Positions 38,826 to 53,084 of a stretch of DNA of 64,000 nucleotides are shown here, one piece after another. The position numbers were made by a program, and so were the translations under genes. The first letter of the stretch is position 1; each line of letters begins with the position of its first letter. Source of the DNA: Octopus sinensis (Eukaryota); NCBI RefSeq assembly GCF_006345805.1, contig NC_043001.1, forward strand, positions 78,802,001-78,866,000, written 5' to 3'. The notes under the pieces are model-generated. The model worked only from the letters and a program-made list of their open reading frames with translations. It did not search any database and had not been told where the DNA came from.

Positions 38826-39839
38826 ATTTTTGCTATCTTTGCGGAATATTTCTAGTTCTGTAGTTCGTCAACTGGCAGCAGTAATTTAAAGTTGTCAGCC
38901 GTGTTGTAGGGACGGAAAAACGATAATGCCCTCTGAATATCTCGAAGAGAAATGAAATCGCTGGATACTCGGTGACCATCGGCATATTCAGCAGGACCCT
39001 CAACTGGACCGAGGGGTTAGGCAATGCTAAATTCAAGTGTCTCCGACGAGAAAAAGGACTGGAGATGCTTATGTTGTGACCACAACTGCTATAAAAGGAG
39101 CTTGGATGTTTGGTGCTGGTACTACCAGCAATGGCGATGACGAAGCTCTATTGACGTTTTTGATACTGGTAATTGATACATCAATGCCTCGCTGGCTCTT
39201 TTAGTGCCACAGCAGCTGGTGCCACTAGTAGTAGTGTAAAATGTAGAGTTACTCATATTAGTCACCACAACCGAACTATCAATTTCGTTCATTTTTCAAT
39301 AATTTCGTTGCAATTTAATACCAGGTTCTTTTCATAAGAACATTTTTAAAAGAAGCTTTGAAACAAATTCTTCTGTTTTAAACTGTGCAAACTTGGAAAA
39401 CGATCTACTCTTGAAACTCCTACACACCTTCAAGACCATGCAAAAAAAAAAAAAAAAAGAATTTAATCCGACATAAACTACAGATTTCGTCATAATTTGT
39501 GGAAGGCAAATCATGTGCGGCTCCTATGCCAAAGAAAATAATAAAGCTGTTACGGCTATTTCTATCTCAGAAGGAAGACAAACGTAGGACTTTGCCAAGA
39601 CAATACTATCGACGGTAGTTGTTTTACAAAGAATATGATTGATAGAATAGCTATAAGGACAAACAAGACAGGTTTATTCCAGATAATATTAATATACAAG
39701 AATTTGTAAATATCATTAAAAGAGTTGGAACAACATGGTAATCTTGAAAAATTCAATGCATGTTTTCTAAATTTTAGTTAATTATTTTCTATGTAAGAAA
39801 GGAAACATGATATTTATCTGAAAACATGAATAGTATAGC

Positions 39840-40670
<831 letters not shown>

Positions 40671-40769
40671 TGTGAATTCGGTGGGTATTATGATGAATAA
40701 TGATGAAGACAATAAGAATTGAAGCATGGTTTAGTATAACCAATGGTGTAATTTCAAACGGAATCCATA

Positions 40770-41040
40770 TGATTGCAACTGAGGGGCTTCCAGAATTTGA
40801 TGAATTCTTCAACTTGCGATGAAATTACTTAACTAGTACACGCGAAGTAATTGCGGGTAGATTGCAATAAATTACTAAAAAGGCCTGAATTAACACCTGA
40901 CTATTTACCTGAGGCGAAAAGAATATTAATTCGCAAAAACAATAATACCAAGGTCCGAAAAATTTCCTGGTCCCGAATATGCTCAGCGGTCATATTGTAT
41001 AGATCTGGTATTTGTATTGTCTATCGACTTAACTGTTCGT
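40770..41040 (+). pseudogene. Fragment of a non-LTR retrotransposon RT N-terminal region (R4-like, tentative)
   Basis: Peptides NYLTSTREVIAG and NKLLKRPELTPDYLPEAKRILIRKNNNTK(G)PKN resemble the P.WL..G.T.LIPK...P.NYRPI region preceding RT domain 2. Confidence 0.4.
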
Positions 41041-41116
41041 CTGTGAAATAATACATCGCTGGATTAGAGGAAAGGATGGGCAGCAGCGACAGATAAATAG
41101 ATAGATAGATAGATAT

Positions 41117-41160
<44 letters not shown>

Positions 41161-41253
41161 GTAGATATAGATATAAATAAAATATATATATAATATATAA
41201 TATATATATATAGACAGATAGACAGACAGACAGAGAGATAGATAGATAGATAC

Positions 41254-41298
<45 letters not shown>

Positions 41299-41356
41299 CA
41301 GATAGATAGATAGATTGATAGACAGAAAGACAGATAGATAGATAGATTGATAGATA

Positions 41357-44300
41357 TGTTTCTTTATTAGCCACACAGGGCTGCACACAGATAGAACAAA
41401 TTACAAGGTAGAGCTTTTCTTTTGAAGGTTTAAAAAAAAAAGGGGGGATTTCGATCAAAGGGATCGTAAAAGGAGAGAAAGAGGACAAAAAAAAGGGGGT
41501 TAAAAAAGAAGGGGGAGAGAAAAAAAAATTGATCAATAGGGATCGTTATCACAGAAATGTCAATATGAAGTGTTAAGGGGAGGACAGGTGAGGTTTACCC
41601 GTGGAAAGAAAAGCCTACGGAAAAGACCACGGTAACCTCGGTCAATGGAGTCACATGTTATATTTCTTTTTTTTTTTTTTAAATAAGCAACTCTCTGTTT
41701 TCAATTTCTGGGTTCATAGGATCATGCTCAAGGTGGCTTCGTCATTCATACGTGCCATTCTTGCTACATTCACCCATCTTTTTTAAAACATTCGCTAGAC
41801 AAAACTTGCCTCTCTACTCTCACTTTCTTTTCAAGTGGTACTTGAAGAAGTTGATGAGAGATTGACCAGAGAGGAAAGTGTTTGTCTCCAATCCTTTCAG
41901 ACGCGTCCACCAGATACATTCTTCGCCATAGCCACAAGGATGATGAAAATAGCTCTTCCTTCCCGTTTGAAGGAGGGAGGCGTGACAATATTGACGATAG
42001 ACTCAGCTGATAAACCGACTCGTCCCACACGTGACAGCAGTTGTTCGACACAAGCCCACAGGTCGGAAATTGTTGGACACTGCACGAGTGCGTGCAGAAC
42101 GGTTTCGTCGCTCTGACCGCATCTCGAGCAGGTCGGCCCCGTGTTTCTCGAGCCGTGTCTGTAGAGCTTATCCCGAACGAGTAGCGCTTCTCGGTAGCAC
42201 TGCCAGGCCAGGGATCTCTGGAAGTTGTCCATGGGCCCTGGCCCGAAAGTCGTCCTGAACAGGCGGGTCAGGTACTCCTCGTCGACGTCCAGGTTCGCCC
42301 CGAGCTCGTCGTCGTACCTCCCCTCCACTAAACCCCTATAGAATGCTTTGGTTGTGTTGAAGTCACTCAAGGCCGACCCAGGACGGCAGAGTTGCTTGAG
42401 AGCAACGCGACACTCGCGGTGCCATTCGCCCTCTTCGGCCTCTTTTTGATCCACGACTGCAGTTCGGTCATGGAGACGAGCTGCGGGAAAGCGTGCCTCA
42501 CAAACGGCGACCCCACACCTGTTCACCGTCGTCTACATAGAGCCAGAGATGTCGCAGTCTTAGCGCATGTCTGCGCATCATCAACCACGGCATGCCCAGA
42601 GCCCTCCTTTTAACGGGTGTTGACAGCAATGGATCGCCTGACCATCGGGACGCATCCTTTCCACAAGAAGCGAAAGAGAATGCGTTGTAGTTTGGTGATG
42701 GTAGGGTCGGGACAAGGTACGACGGTCAGGCGGTAGTAGATGACGGACGCGATGTACGTGTGTTCGCCACCTCCGCCCGACCCTTTAGGGACAGTTTCCT
42801 CTCGGCCCATTGCCGGGCGCGAGTGACCACCCTACTCGTTATCTCGTTCCAGTTCTTCTCCACTTGGAGGTCCGGACCAAACCAGACCCCGAGCAACTCA
42901 ACCGGGCCGTCGGTCCAGCGTCCCACGACGGAGGCGCTGGTGGACGGCATGGGCTTGCTTCTCCAGGTGCCTAGTCGCAAGCCCACTGACTTTTCCCGGT
43001 TGATTTTCGCTCCTGTCACCGCTTCGTAGTTTTTCAGTGTCTCGCCGACTGCTCGATGTGCTCGTGGCTAGACACTATGACGGTGACGTCGTCCGCGTAT
43101 GCAGACACGCTCGTCCCGCAACCCAGTTCTCGCGGGATGCCTCTCAAGGTTGCCAGCTTCCGCAATAATGGCTCGAGAGTCAATACGTATAGAAGCGACG
43201 AGAGGGGGGGCATCCCTGACGGACACGAACGTGCGATGTCGAAGGGTCTCGATAGATGTCCATTCACGCGAATTACCGAACGGATGCCTCTGTACAAAGC
43301 GGCTATCCAGCCGCGGAAGACGGGACCGAAGCCAGCCGCTCCGAGGACCGCCTCCAAGTATCGATGGTCCACCCTATCGAAAGGTTTCGATTGATCCAAA
43401 TTGATCAGCGCCCCACCCATGCCAGGTTTGTTAACTACCCTGTCTATGATGTAGCGCATCAGGTGGAGGTTGTCATGGATGGTCCGGCCTGGCACGGCGC
43501 ATGTTTGCGCCCTGTCGACCAGTTTCTCGATGACAAGCGTCAACCTCTTGGCTAGCACCTTGGCCAAAATTTTCAAGTCTGCATTAAGCAGAGTGATGGG
43601 CCTAAAGTTATCTATTACATTCCCTTGTTTAGATCTTTCTTCAGCAGTGTTACGGCTCCTCGGCTCACAAAACCAGGAATGCTCCCGTTTTGCTGCCAGT
43701 TGCAGTACACCGCCGCCAAGAGATCTCCAAACAAGTCTGGCATACAATTGTAAAGCTCGTAGGGTAGACCATCCAAACCCGGTGATTTGTCCCTCGAGCA
43801 TTCTGCCATCGCTTCCTGCACTTCCGCCGCCGTGATGGCACCTTCGCAGCACCTGCCTTTCTTGTCGAGAGTCGTGGTAGGCTATGTAGGTAGGCACTGA
43901 AGTCCACCCTACGTCTTGCCCTCCACTCGTTCCGAACAGTCGGGCAAAATGCTGCTGAAAGGCCTCACACATTTTACTTGGTTCGAGCAATTCGCGCCCC
44001 TGTTCATCTACCAGGGACCGAATGGTGGCTTTGTTGACCTGTTGCGCCTCTGCCACCCGGGCCTCTCTCTCGGCTCCAACACCTTCGTTCCTTAGAGCAC
44101 GCATCCTAGCTCTGACAGCACATCCTTCGTGTTTGGCGTTGAAGTGTTGGTCGAGGGCCAACCTCGCCGCCAAAACGTCGGATGCGATGCCGCTTCTAAT
44201 TGCCTCTTCTAGCTTCTTAACTAGTTCACCCTCTACTCTATTTATATCTATGGCTAGTGCTTTGCTGTACCTAATCGCTTCTGCTTTTACTGCTCTCTTG

Positions 44301-45224
44301 AGGGCAAACCACCATTTGTTGTTGATGATGGCTCCCGTCAAAGCCCTCTTTACTAGTGTGCTAATCCGGTCTCTGAAAACCTGTCTCGATGGGAAAGACG
44401 CGTTTAGTTTCCAGTATCCGGGACCCTGCCTAAGTGTCTTACCTAAGTCTAGCGTACATGTCACAAGTTTGTGATCCGTGTAGCTGACTATGTGGAATTG
44501 TGGACATCCTATGCTATCTCTGTCTACTGTCCTACACAGTATCCTATCTAGATACGATCTCGACGACCCGATGCGGTTGCTCCATGTCCACGTTGGCGCA
44601 TTCGGGTGGTCTAGTCGGAACCTGTCAGACAGTTGAAAGCGTTTGAGCAGGTCTCTGATGCATTTGCATCCCCGTCTATTCCTATCTCTACCCACGTAGT
44701 CTACATGCGTGTCCAAGGTAGCATTCCAATCCTCCACTAAGAGTAAAGGACGAGACGTTCCCAAGAATACTTCTAGACGTTGAAAGAAATCCGCCCGACC
44801 TGTTAAGGGCGGTGCGTAGACTGATACGAGTCGAAAAGCGCACCCATTGCTGCCGTCGACATCCAGGACGACCAGTCTACCCTCCGGGTCTACGAATATT
44901 GTCCTTGCTTTGAGATCCAGACTCTTGTGAAAAAGTACCGCGGTGCCACTACCGCCCATTCTCGGCAGACAGGGGGAAAAATAAATGTTGAACTGTCCGC
45001 CAAACATGGTCTTTAGGGCCCGCGGATTGTGGAGTCTGGTCTCACTTATGGCTATGATTTCTAACTTATGTGACTTTATGTCATTTAAGAGGTACCCTTG
45101 TTTCCAAGGGGACCCCAAGCCACGCGCATTTACACAACCAATCTTGATCATAGTCCTAATGAATTAGAATACAAGTGAAAGGAACAGAGGGTTACTTACT
45201 GCTCGAAAGTTTTTGCTTTCTCCT
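41357..45224 (-). mobile_element. 5'-truncated Tx1/L1-clade LINE inserted in (GATA)n with 15-bp TSD
   Basis: TSD ATAGATTGATAGATA at 41342-41356 and 45225-45239. AATAAA on the minus strand at 41363-41368, ~350-bp 3'UTR, GC-rich ORF2. Confidence 0.92.
41714..45151 (-). pseudogene. LINE ORF2: APE endonuclease, reverse transcriptase and C-terminal CCHC (frameshifted as assembled)
   Basis: CVNARGL, ISETRL, SVYAP, DWNA, SYLDRIL and TDHK (APE). YWKLNAS, KSPGLDGLPYELY (alternate frame 43615-43821), NFRPITLLNADLKIL, LDQSKPFDRVDH, (RQGCPLS) and AYADDVTV (RT). CSRCGQSDETVLHALVQC (zinc motif). Confidence 0.92.
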
Positions 45225-45883
45225 ATAGATTGATAGATAGATATATAGATAGATAGACAGACAGACAGATGGATAGATAGATAGATAGATAGAGAGGGGG
45301 AGAGAAAGAGTGAGAGAGAGAGAGAAATAGGGATATACATAGAGAGAGACAGGTAGACAGAGAGAGACAGATAAAGAGAGCAAGAGCGTGTGAAAGAGAT
45401 AGAGATAGAATGAGTGAAAGAGAGAGACAGACTGACGTACATACACAGATATGCACATACATACATTCAAAAAGACAAACAGACGGTTTGGCGGACAGAC
45501 AGATAGTAAAACAGAGGTTGAGAAAGATGATGTATTGCTCAGAAAAGGAAATCTTGAAGAAGAAACACAAACCACAATATAGACAAATACTTATACACCA
45601 TCAGTAAAAAATTGTTTATTCCTTTAGCATTTCAATAGGCCCAAATATCTTACCTGTTTTACGTTCAAACCGGCCAGATCCGTCTTCTCGAACCTATGCT
45701 ATATTGTCATTGTAAATGTAAACAACCACACCAACAAAATCCGGTAGCTAAGGGGCAATGCATGATTACTTACAAAGAAAGGTGAATAAATAAACGTTGC
45801 ATTTGACAAAGTAATCTAAATGCCAAAAGATTGAAATAATATAGAGAAGACAGCCTTTGTATTTAATAAAACTAACGCGTTAC

Positions 45884-46792
45884 CCGGTCATACAAAAACG
45901 GTATCTAAAGAATAATATAAAGAGATAATAAAAGAGATCGTGCCTTATCTCCTTCAAAAAAAGAATCCTTTATTATTTTTTTAAAGACGGGCTTCCTATC
46001 CGCAACTATACTTCTTATGATAACTCATTTATTCAATGTGGAAAATATGGAGCCAATACTAGAATATTCATGTATAAGATATGAACCATAAAATAAATTT
46101 CTACTGTAACGCATAATGCCATTTATACCAGACACTTTTATGTGAGATAACTCTCCCGTCTTGAGGAAATAATAAAAAATCATTAACAGTCTGTATGATA
46201 TAGTCCTAGATTCACAAAATCAAAAAGTTTAGCCAGAATGACCACAGATGGGTCCCACTTGTTCATAGACCAATCTTTTCGATTAGCGCAGATTTGGATC
46301 CAAACAACAGCAGTGCTACACACAATTCCAGAATTCCACCGGTCATACAAAAACGGTATCTAAAGAATAATATAAAGAGATAATAAAAGAGATCGTGCCT
46401 TATCTCCTTCAAAAAAAGAATCCTTTATTATTTTTTTAAAGACGGGCTTCCTATCCGCAACTATACTTCTTATGATAACTCATTTATTCAATGTGGAAAA
46501 TATGGAGCCAATACTAGAATATTCATGTATAAGATATGAACCATAAAATAAATTTCTACTGTAACGCATAATGCCATTTATACCAGACAATTTTATGTGA
46601 GGTAACTCTCCCGTCTTGAGGAAATAATAAATCATTAACAGTCTGTATGATATAGTCCTAGATTCACAAAATCAAAAAGTTTAGCCAGAATGACCACAGA
46701 TGTGTCCCACTTGTTCATAGACCAATCTTTTCGATTAGCGCAGATTTGGATCCAAACAACAGCAGTGCTACACACAATTCCAGAATTCCACC
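45884..46792. repeat. Near-perfect tandem duplication of a ~455-bp unique-sequence unit
   Basis: Units 45884-46340 and 46339-46792 share a 2-bp CC junction microhomology. I counted 3 substitutions and one 3-bp indel. Confidence 0.95.
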
Positions 46793-48430
46793 AAAATATG
46801 ATTTCCAAGGAGATGTACAACCTTTTCATGTAAAAAATATGTTCTTAAAATCCAGCATACTCACATTTATGGTGCTATATATTATTCATAATACCAACCC
46901 TAGGTAAAGTTAAAGAATATACTTCAGATCCTCCTCACATTTGCCATTCTTGGTTGAGTTCCAGTAAATATGACGGACAGTAGTTTATCACTTTCAACGT
47001 TAATAGTTCGAGTTTATAGTATTCATTCAAGATTAGAATTACACTTAATCATACTTCAAGCTTTTGTCATAAAGCTGAACCTGTCCTAGATTTTTGCGCC
47101 TCGTACGTTATACAATCTCCTTCAACGGAGTAGCCATATAAAAGAAAATTGTCTTATCTCGTTTCCCAACGAAAGGCGAAAGATCTGTAAAGCAGATTCG
47201 TTTTAATATTCCAGTGATTTGTTATTGCAAAACGAGCATTTGAAGGAAGACTATTTTAGTCTTCCCAGTCCTTGTATAAATCATGCTTATGACACCAATT
47301 TTACATGAAAGTGTATCCTTATCCGTATTATTTATCGCTAGCAATATGGTGACATAATTCGAAAAATGCAGCAAAAGTCTGCTATTGTTTCGAACTACAA
47401 TAAATACTTACTGAGCTATACTGAAGGCGATACAAGTACAAAAAATGCCTCTTTAGATGGCGAAAAATGATTAGTTAGTACTTAAATGAATTGAAAAATA
47501 TCTAAAAGAAGTTGCCTCCTTGATTTCTTAAATTTAATACTAATTACCTTACTCCCTCTTTAAATCAGAAAAAAAAGAAAAGAAAAGAAGCAGGAAATAT
47601 ATACATATATTTTTACAGGTGTTTATGTATTTATGCATGTCTGTAGGCAAGTATATATGTATAATCATGCGTATACATATAGTGAGATAATGGATGAAAC
47701 TCATTTAAACAGCACATCATACATGTGCAGCCCAGACGGCTTTGATGAAGACACAATATTCCAAAATACTTTTTCATTACGTAAAATGCGTGGGCACTAA
47801 GGAAAATAGAAAGAAGGACATGCTTATCTAATTACAAATGAATCTAACGATAATTAGTCGCAGGAAAAATCTTGAATGGTCTCCAAAAAAGTAAGTCTTG
47901 TATCGAAATATTTCTGTTTTCTGTTTGAAAGTAATTTGCATTATCCCAGGATGAACATGTTTCAATAAAAAATCCAGAATTCATTAAGTGAAAAATGATT
48001 TCCGTAAAAGATGTTTTATGTATCCTCATCGATGCCTGGATTTATTGCCAAATTGTTTTTTTTTATATTTTTCTAAGAGAAATATCGTGGCCCTTATTCC
48101 GTCAATGTTTATTTTCTTCAACTAGGTACAAGAACTATTTGTTGTGAAATTGTTAAAGTGAGAAAAGCTGGCGCTGCTAAAGAATATGTTGAACTTAGGG
48201 TGTTTATATATACTTTTCAATTGTTGGTGCTATATTTGTAACACATAGTAGTACTGATTCTGCCATGAATCGACGTAGAATCGTGTATTAAAACTCAATT
48301 TGAATTTATCATTTACACTACTGCACTTTAACTCAGTACAAATTACTTGAATATTAAGGTTAAGACGCAAATAACAAGTTATAATGTTCGTGATTTTTCG
48401 TAGGTCATAGGAGCCGGGAAAAATTGTCAG

Positions 48431-48489
48431 GTTGGGTTAGGGTTAAGGTTAGGGTTGGGGGTTGGGATTAGGGTCAGGGTTGGTGTTAG
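48431..48489. repeat. Degenerate (TTAGGG)n-like tract
   Basis: GTTGGGTTAGGGTTAAGGTTAGGGTTGGGGGTTGGGATTAGGGTCAGGGTTGGTGTTAG. Confidence 0.7.
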
Positions 48490-49379
48490 ATCAACTTTTC
48501 CATTAGGAAGTTGTCGAATTCTTTGATGACTGTTCGGGAACAATGACACACACACTCAAGGAAATAAAGTCGATTCACTTCGTCCTTGTTTGGCACTAGG
48601 AAAATTTCTTTGCCAATAAAAGTGGCATGAAAGAGAAATTCAGTCTCCAACATCATTTGAACTCAAAAAGGAATGAGAATAGATGAATTATCTTTGGACA
48701 TTCAGGTCACTCGCTTATCCTTCTGTCAACTGACAGCCATAACAACATGTGATAAATATTATCATTATATGTCATAGAATGGCAACACCTACATCTGCTT
48801 CTATATATATATATATGTTCATGTGTGTGTGTGTGTGTGTGTATACGTTGTGTGTAGGTGTAAAAGTATTTGCTTACATGCGGTTGCCTGTGTAAAATCC
48901 ATTTGAAGTCAACGTAAAAGATATGCCAAGATGCAATGGCAATTTTCCTTTCAATCTCTAAGAACAGCTCATCGAAATCCACTATGATAACAGCCTTCAC
49001 TGCCAATTTAGGATAAAACACTGAAGCTCTGAACATATTCTTCTCCATACTAAAGTAGAAATAAAATCGGGTTGAGGTTTGGGATCGGGCATTCAGGCTT
49101 TCAAAATGCTCCTGTCATTTTCAATTATCAACTTGTGCAAGGCAAGATTTTTCAGCATTTAATGTCATAACAACTAAGTACTAGAAACGTTATGCAACTC
49201 GAAACATAATATAGGATGTTACACAGGAAACTAAACCAGGGTTTTGAAACAAACAAAAATTTGGTGTATGACAGTAAAATGTGAGATAATGGCGTCACAG
49301 GGAGAGGGTTAGCGTTATTATGGTTCTAATGTATTTTGTGAGAATTACTTTATGTACATGTATGAATATGACTGTACAC

Positions 49380-50435
<1,056 letters not shown>

Positions 50436-51054
50436 CAGCCACACAAACATACATATACGAAAGACAAGAAATACTTAAATATGTAATAACAACAAGAACA
50501 GAACCGAAATTAATGTAAATTTTTTTTCAGAAATAGCCATCATCACCTCCTTTCTCGATTCTTGTCCCTTCGTGAAGATAAAGATAACGAAAGGGAAAAA
50601 ATCCAACACATGCGAAAAGACAATAAAATGCAATAAAAAATCCCAACATGCAAGTAGGAGAATAAAAGTTATAGGAAAGCTTTCCAAATGAGTGATCAAA
50701 TAGCGTAATTGACGGTTCGAGGTCCTGTGTCCATTAGATATGTATTGTGGTTGGCAATATTGAGTTATACTGTCGTAAAGTAAAATAGGTGTTGAAAGAA
50801 ACAGATTGACATGTTGTGTGTGTTTGTGGGGAGTTTAAGAGATTGTGGAAATGTGGGTTAGACAGAAGGAGATGGAAGAAAAAAAAAGGCATCTGATGGA
50901 TAAAAGAACGTGGGAGAAAGATTAGAGAGAGGTTGAAAATAAAGGTGTAAATAGGGATAGAATAGAACAGTATAATGTGTATTTTGATTTGTTGAGACCC
51001 ACACCCGACTTTGTCGCTCATAGTGCGCGTGTATTTGTGTGTATGTGTGTGTTT

Positions 51055-51284
51055 AATTATGTATGTATGTAAGTATGTATGTATGTATGTATGTATGTAT
51101 GCATGTATGTATGTATGTATGTATGTATGTATGTTGTATGTATGTATGTATGTATCTATCTATCTATCTATCTACCTATCTATCTATCTATCTAACTGCC
51201 TATCTATTTATCTTATCTATCTATCTACCTATCTATCTATCTATCTAACTGCCTATCTATTTATCTTATCTATCTATCTTTCTT

Positions 51285-51321
<37 letters not shown>

Positions 51322-51425
51322 ATATATATATATTATATATATATATATATAATATAATATATATATATATATATATCTATATATATATATATATGTCTGT
51401 CTGGTTGTCCATCTATCTGTCTATC

Positions 51426-51519
<94 letters not shown>

Positions 51520-51520
51520 T
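51055..51520. repeat. (TATG)n/(TATC)n/(TA)n compound microsatellite
   Basis: Directly visible. Confidence 0.95.
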
Positions 51521-51525
51521 TATCT

Positions 51526-51747
51526 TACAAAGGTTTGCTGAAAAGTTCCCGGCTTTGAGTAAAAGAAAATACAGGAGGATCAGTTAATTATGATTTTAGT
51601 CAACATATTTGCCTCTCAGATTCACACACTTATTGGAGAGGTCCGTTTATGTTCCTAATACAGCTAAAAATAACTCGGAAGTTTGGCTCGCCAGTCAGGA
51701 TTTTCCCGCTACCCTTAAAACCAGGAACTTTTCAGCACCCCCTCGTA
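51526..51747. mobile_element. Mariner-type MITE (~220 bp)
   Basis: TIRs TACAAAGGTTTGCTGAAAAGTTCCCGGCTTT (51526-51556) and AAAACCAGGAACTTTTCAGCACCCCCTCGTA (51717-51747), with TA at both ends. Confidence 0.8.
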
Positions 51748-52099
51748 TTAATGTATATAGAAATGCATTCTAGAAGTTCTGAGATACTTTAGGAGAGGCA
51801 GTTATTTGGAATCCAGATTAATGAAACTTAAGTATATGGCTACTGCACACTTAATGAGCTGACCTTATTTGATATTATAGATCAAAGGAAACGTATGGAA
51901 CTGCTCCTTGAACATACCCTACAAAACATCTGTCACAGCTGACTTGTTCGCAGAATGTATTTGGGGCGTTTGAAAGCTAGCAGTGCAATAATTATAGCTG
52001 TGTTTCACTTGACAAAAACGTTACAAAGACCTATGAAAAGCACCCAGACTGCTCATGAATTAATTTGTATGAGCCGAGTATCAGTCTTTTTTTTTTTGC

Positions 52100-52395
52100 T
52101 GGCACAGAAGGCCAGAGCAACTCCACCAGGAAGTGCATAATGACTCCATGTTTTGGTAGCAAGGGCATAATCTATATCCACAGGAATTCCTCTAGCCACG
52201 CACTCTTCAAAGAGTATTTTGTCGAAGTTTTGAGGAAACTCAGGGGTTTTGATGCAAAAGACCGGATCGCTTGCACCAGTTCATGCAACTGAACCATGCA
52301 ACAGTCCACAATTTGTCCTGGTATCCGACTACTTGAGATAGTTGTATATCAAAATCGTCTCTTACACTCCCTATAGTCCAGGCCTCGCTCCTTGC
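52100..52395 (+). pseudogene. Mariner transposase remnant (same family as 1330-1755)
   Basis: QSNSTRKCIMTPCFGSKGIIYIH..KEYFVEVLRKLR, then LVSDYLR*LYIKIVSYTPYSPGLAPC (YSPDLAP motif). It is cut off exactly at the hammerhead-bearing unit. Confidence 0.8.
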
Positions 52396-52439
52396 AGCAG
52401 GGGGAGCGAACACCTACAACCCCTTAGCAGATAACAGGA

Positions 52440-52488
52440 TCACGAGACTGACTCGGTTTCGAGCTATTTGGTTCATCCTCAGTCGCGA
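52440..52488 (-). ncRNA. Type-I hammerhead ribozyme, canonical core
   Basis: Minus strand UCGCGA-CUGAGGA-U-GAAC/CAAAUA/GCUC-GAAA-CCG/AGU/CAG-UC^UCGUGA. Stem I 6 bp (one G.U), stem II 3 of 4 pairs, stem III 3 of 4 pairs, GUC cleavage triplet. Confidence 0.7.
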
Positions 52489-52542
52489 AGATGCAGCTCA
52501 TTGACTGATGGTCACTTTGTTTACAATATATTGTTGACGGTA

Positions 52543-52751
52543 AGGCGGTGAGCTGGCAGAAACGTTAGCACGCCGGGCGAAATTATTGGCGGTATTTCGT
52601 CTGTCTTTACGTTCTATGTTCCGGCGTGGTGGTCTTCGTCTTTCATCCTTTCGGGGTCGATAAATTAAGTACCAGTAGCCTACTGGGGTCAATCTAAATG
52701 ACGTCGCCCCCTCCATCCAAAATTTCGGGCCTTGTGCCTAGAGTATAAAAT
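52543..52751 (+). mobile_element. tRNA-derived SINE, major family monomer with TSD
   Basis: Full head, body and tail. Flanked by AATATATTGTTGACGGTA (52525-52542) and AATATATTGTTGGTGGTA (52752-52769). Confidence 0.9.
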
Positions 52752-52803
52752 AATATATTGTTGGTGGTAGCAGACTCTGGCTGTCGCTCTGCGATGTAGG
52801 TGC

Positions 52804-52852
52804 TCGCGACCGAGGATTGGCCAAATAGCTTGAAACAGAGTCAGTTTTGCTA
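52804..52852 (+). ncRNA. Second, more decayed copy of the same type-I hammerhead
   Basis: UCGCGA-CCGAGGA-U-UGGC/CAAAUA/GCUU-GAAA-CAG/AGU/CAG-UU^UUGCUA. Confidence 0.55.
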
Positions 52853-52938
52853 TCTACTAGAGGGTGCTAGAGATTCGCTCCCCCTGCTAACAATATATTG
52901 TATATAAAAGGTGCAGAGTGAATTTGCCTAGGGTTAAA

Positions 52939-53023
52939 CTAGTCGTAACATTCAACAGCCACTTTGAAGCGGCGACTGGCTTTACTCTTATATATATATT
53001 ATGATATATATAATATATATAAA

Positions 53024-53084
<61 letters not shown>

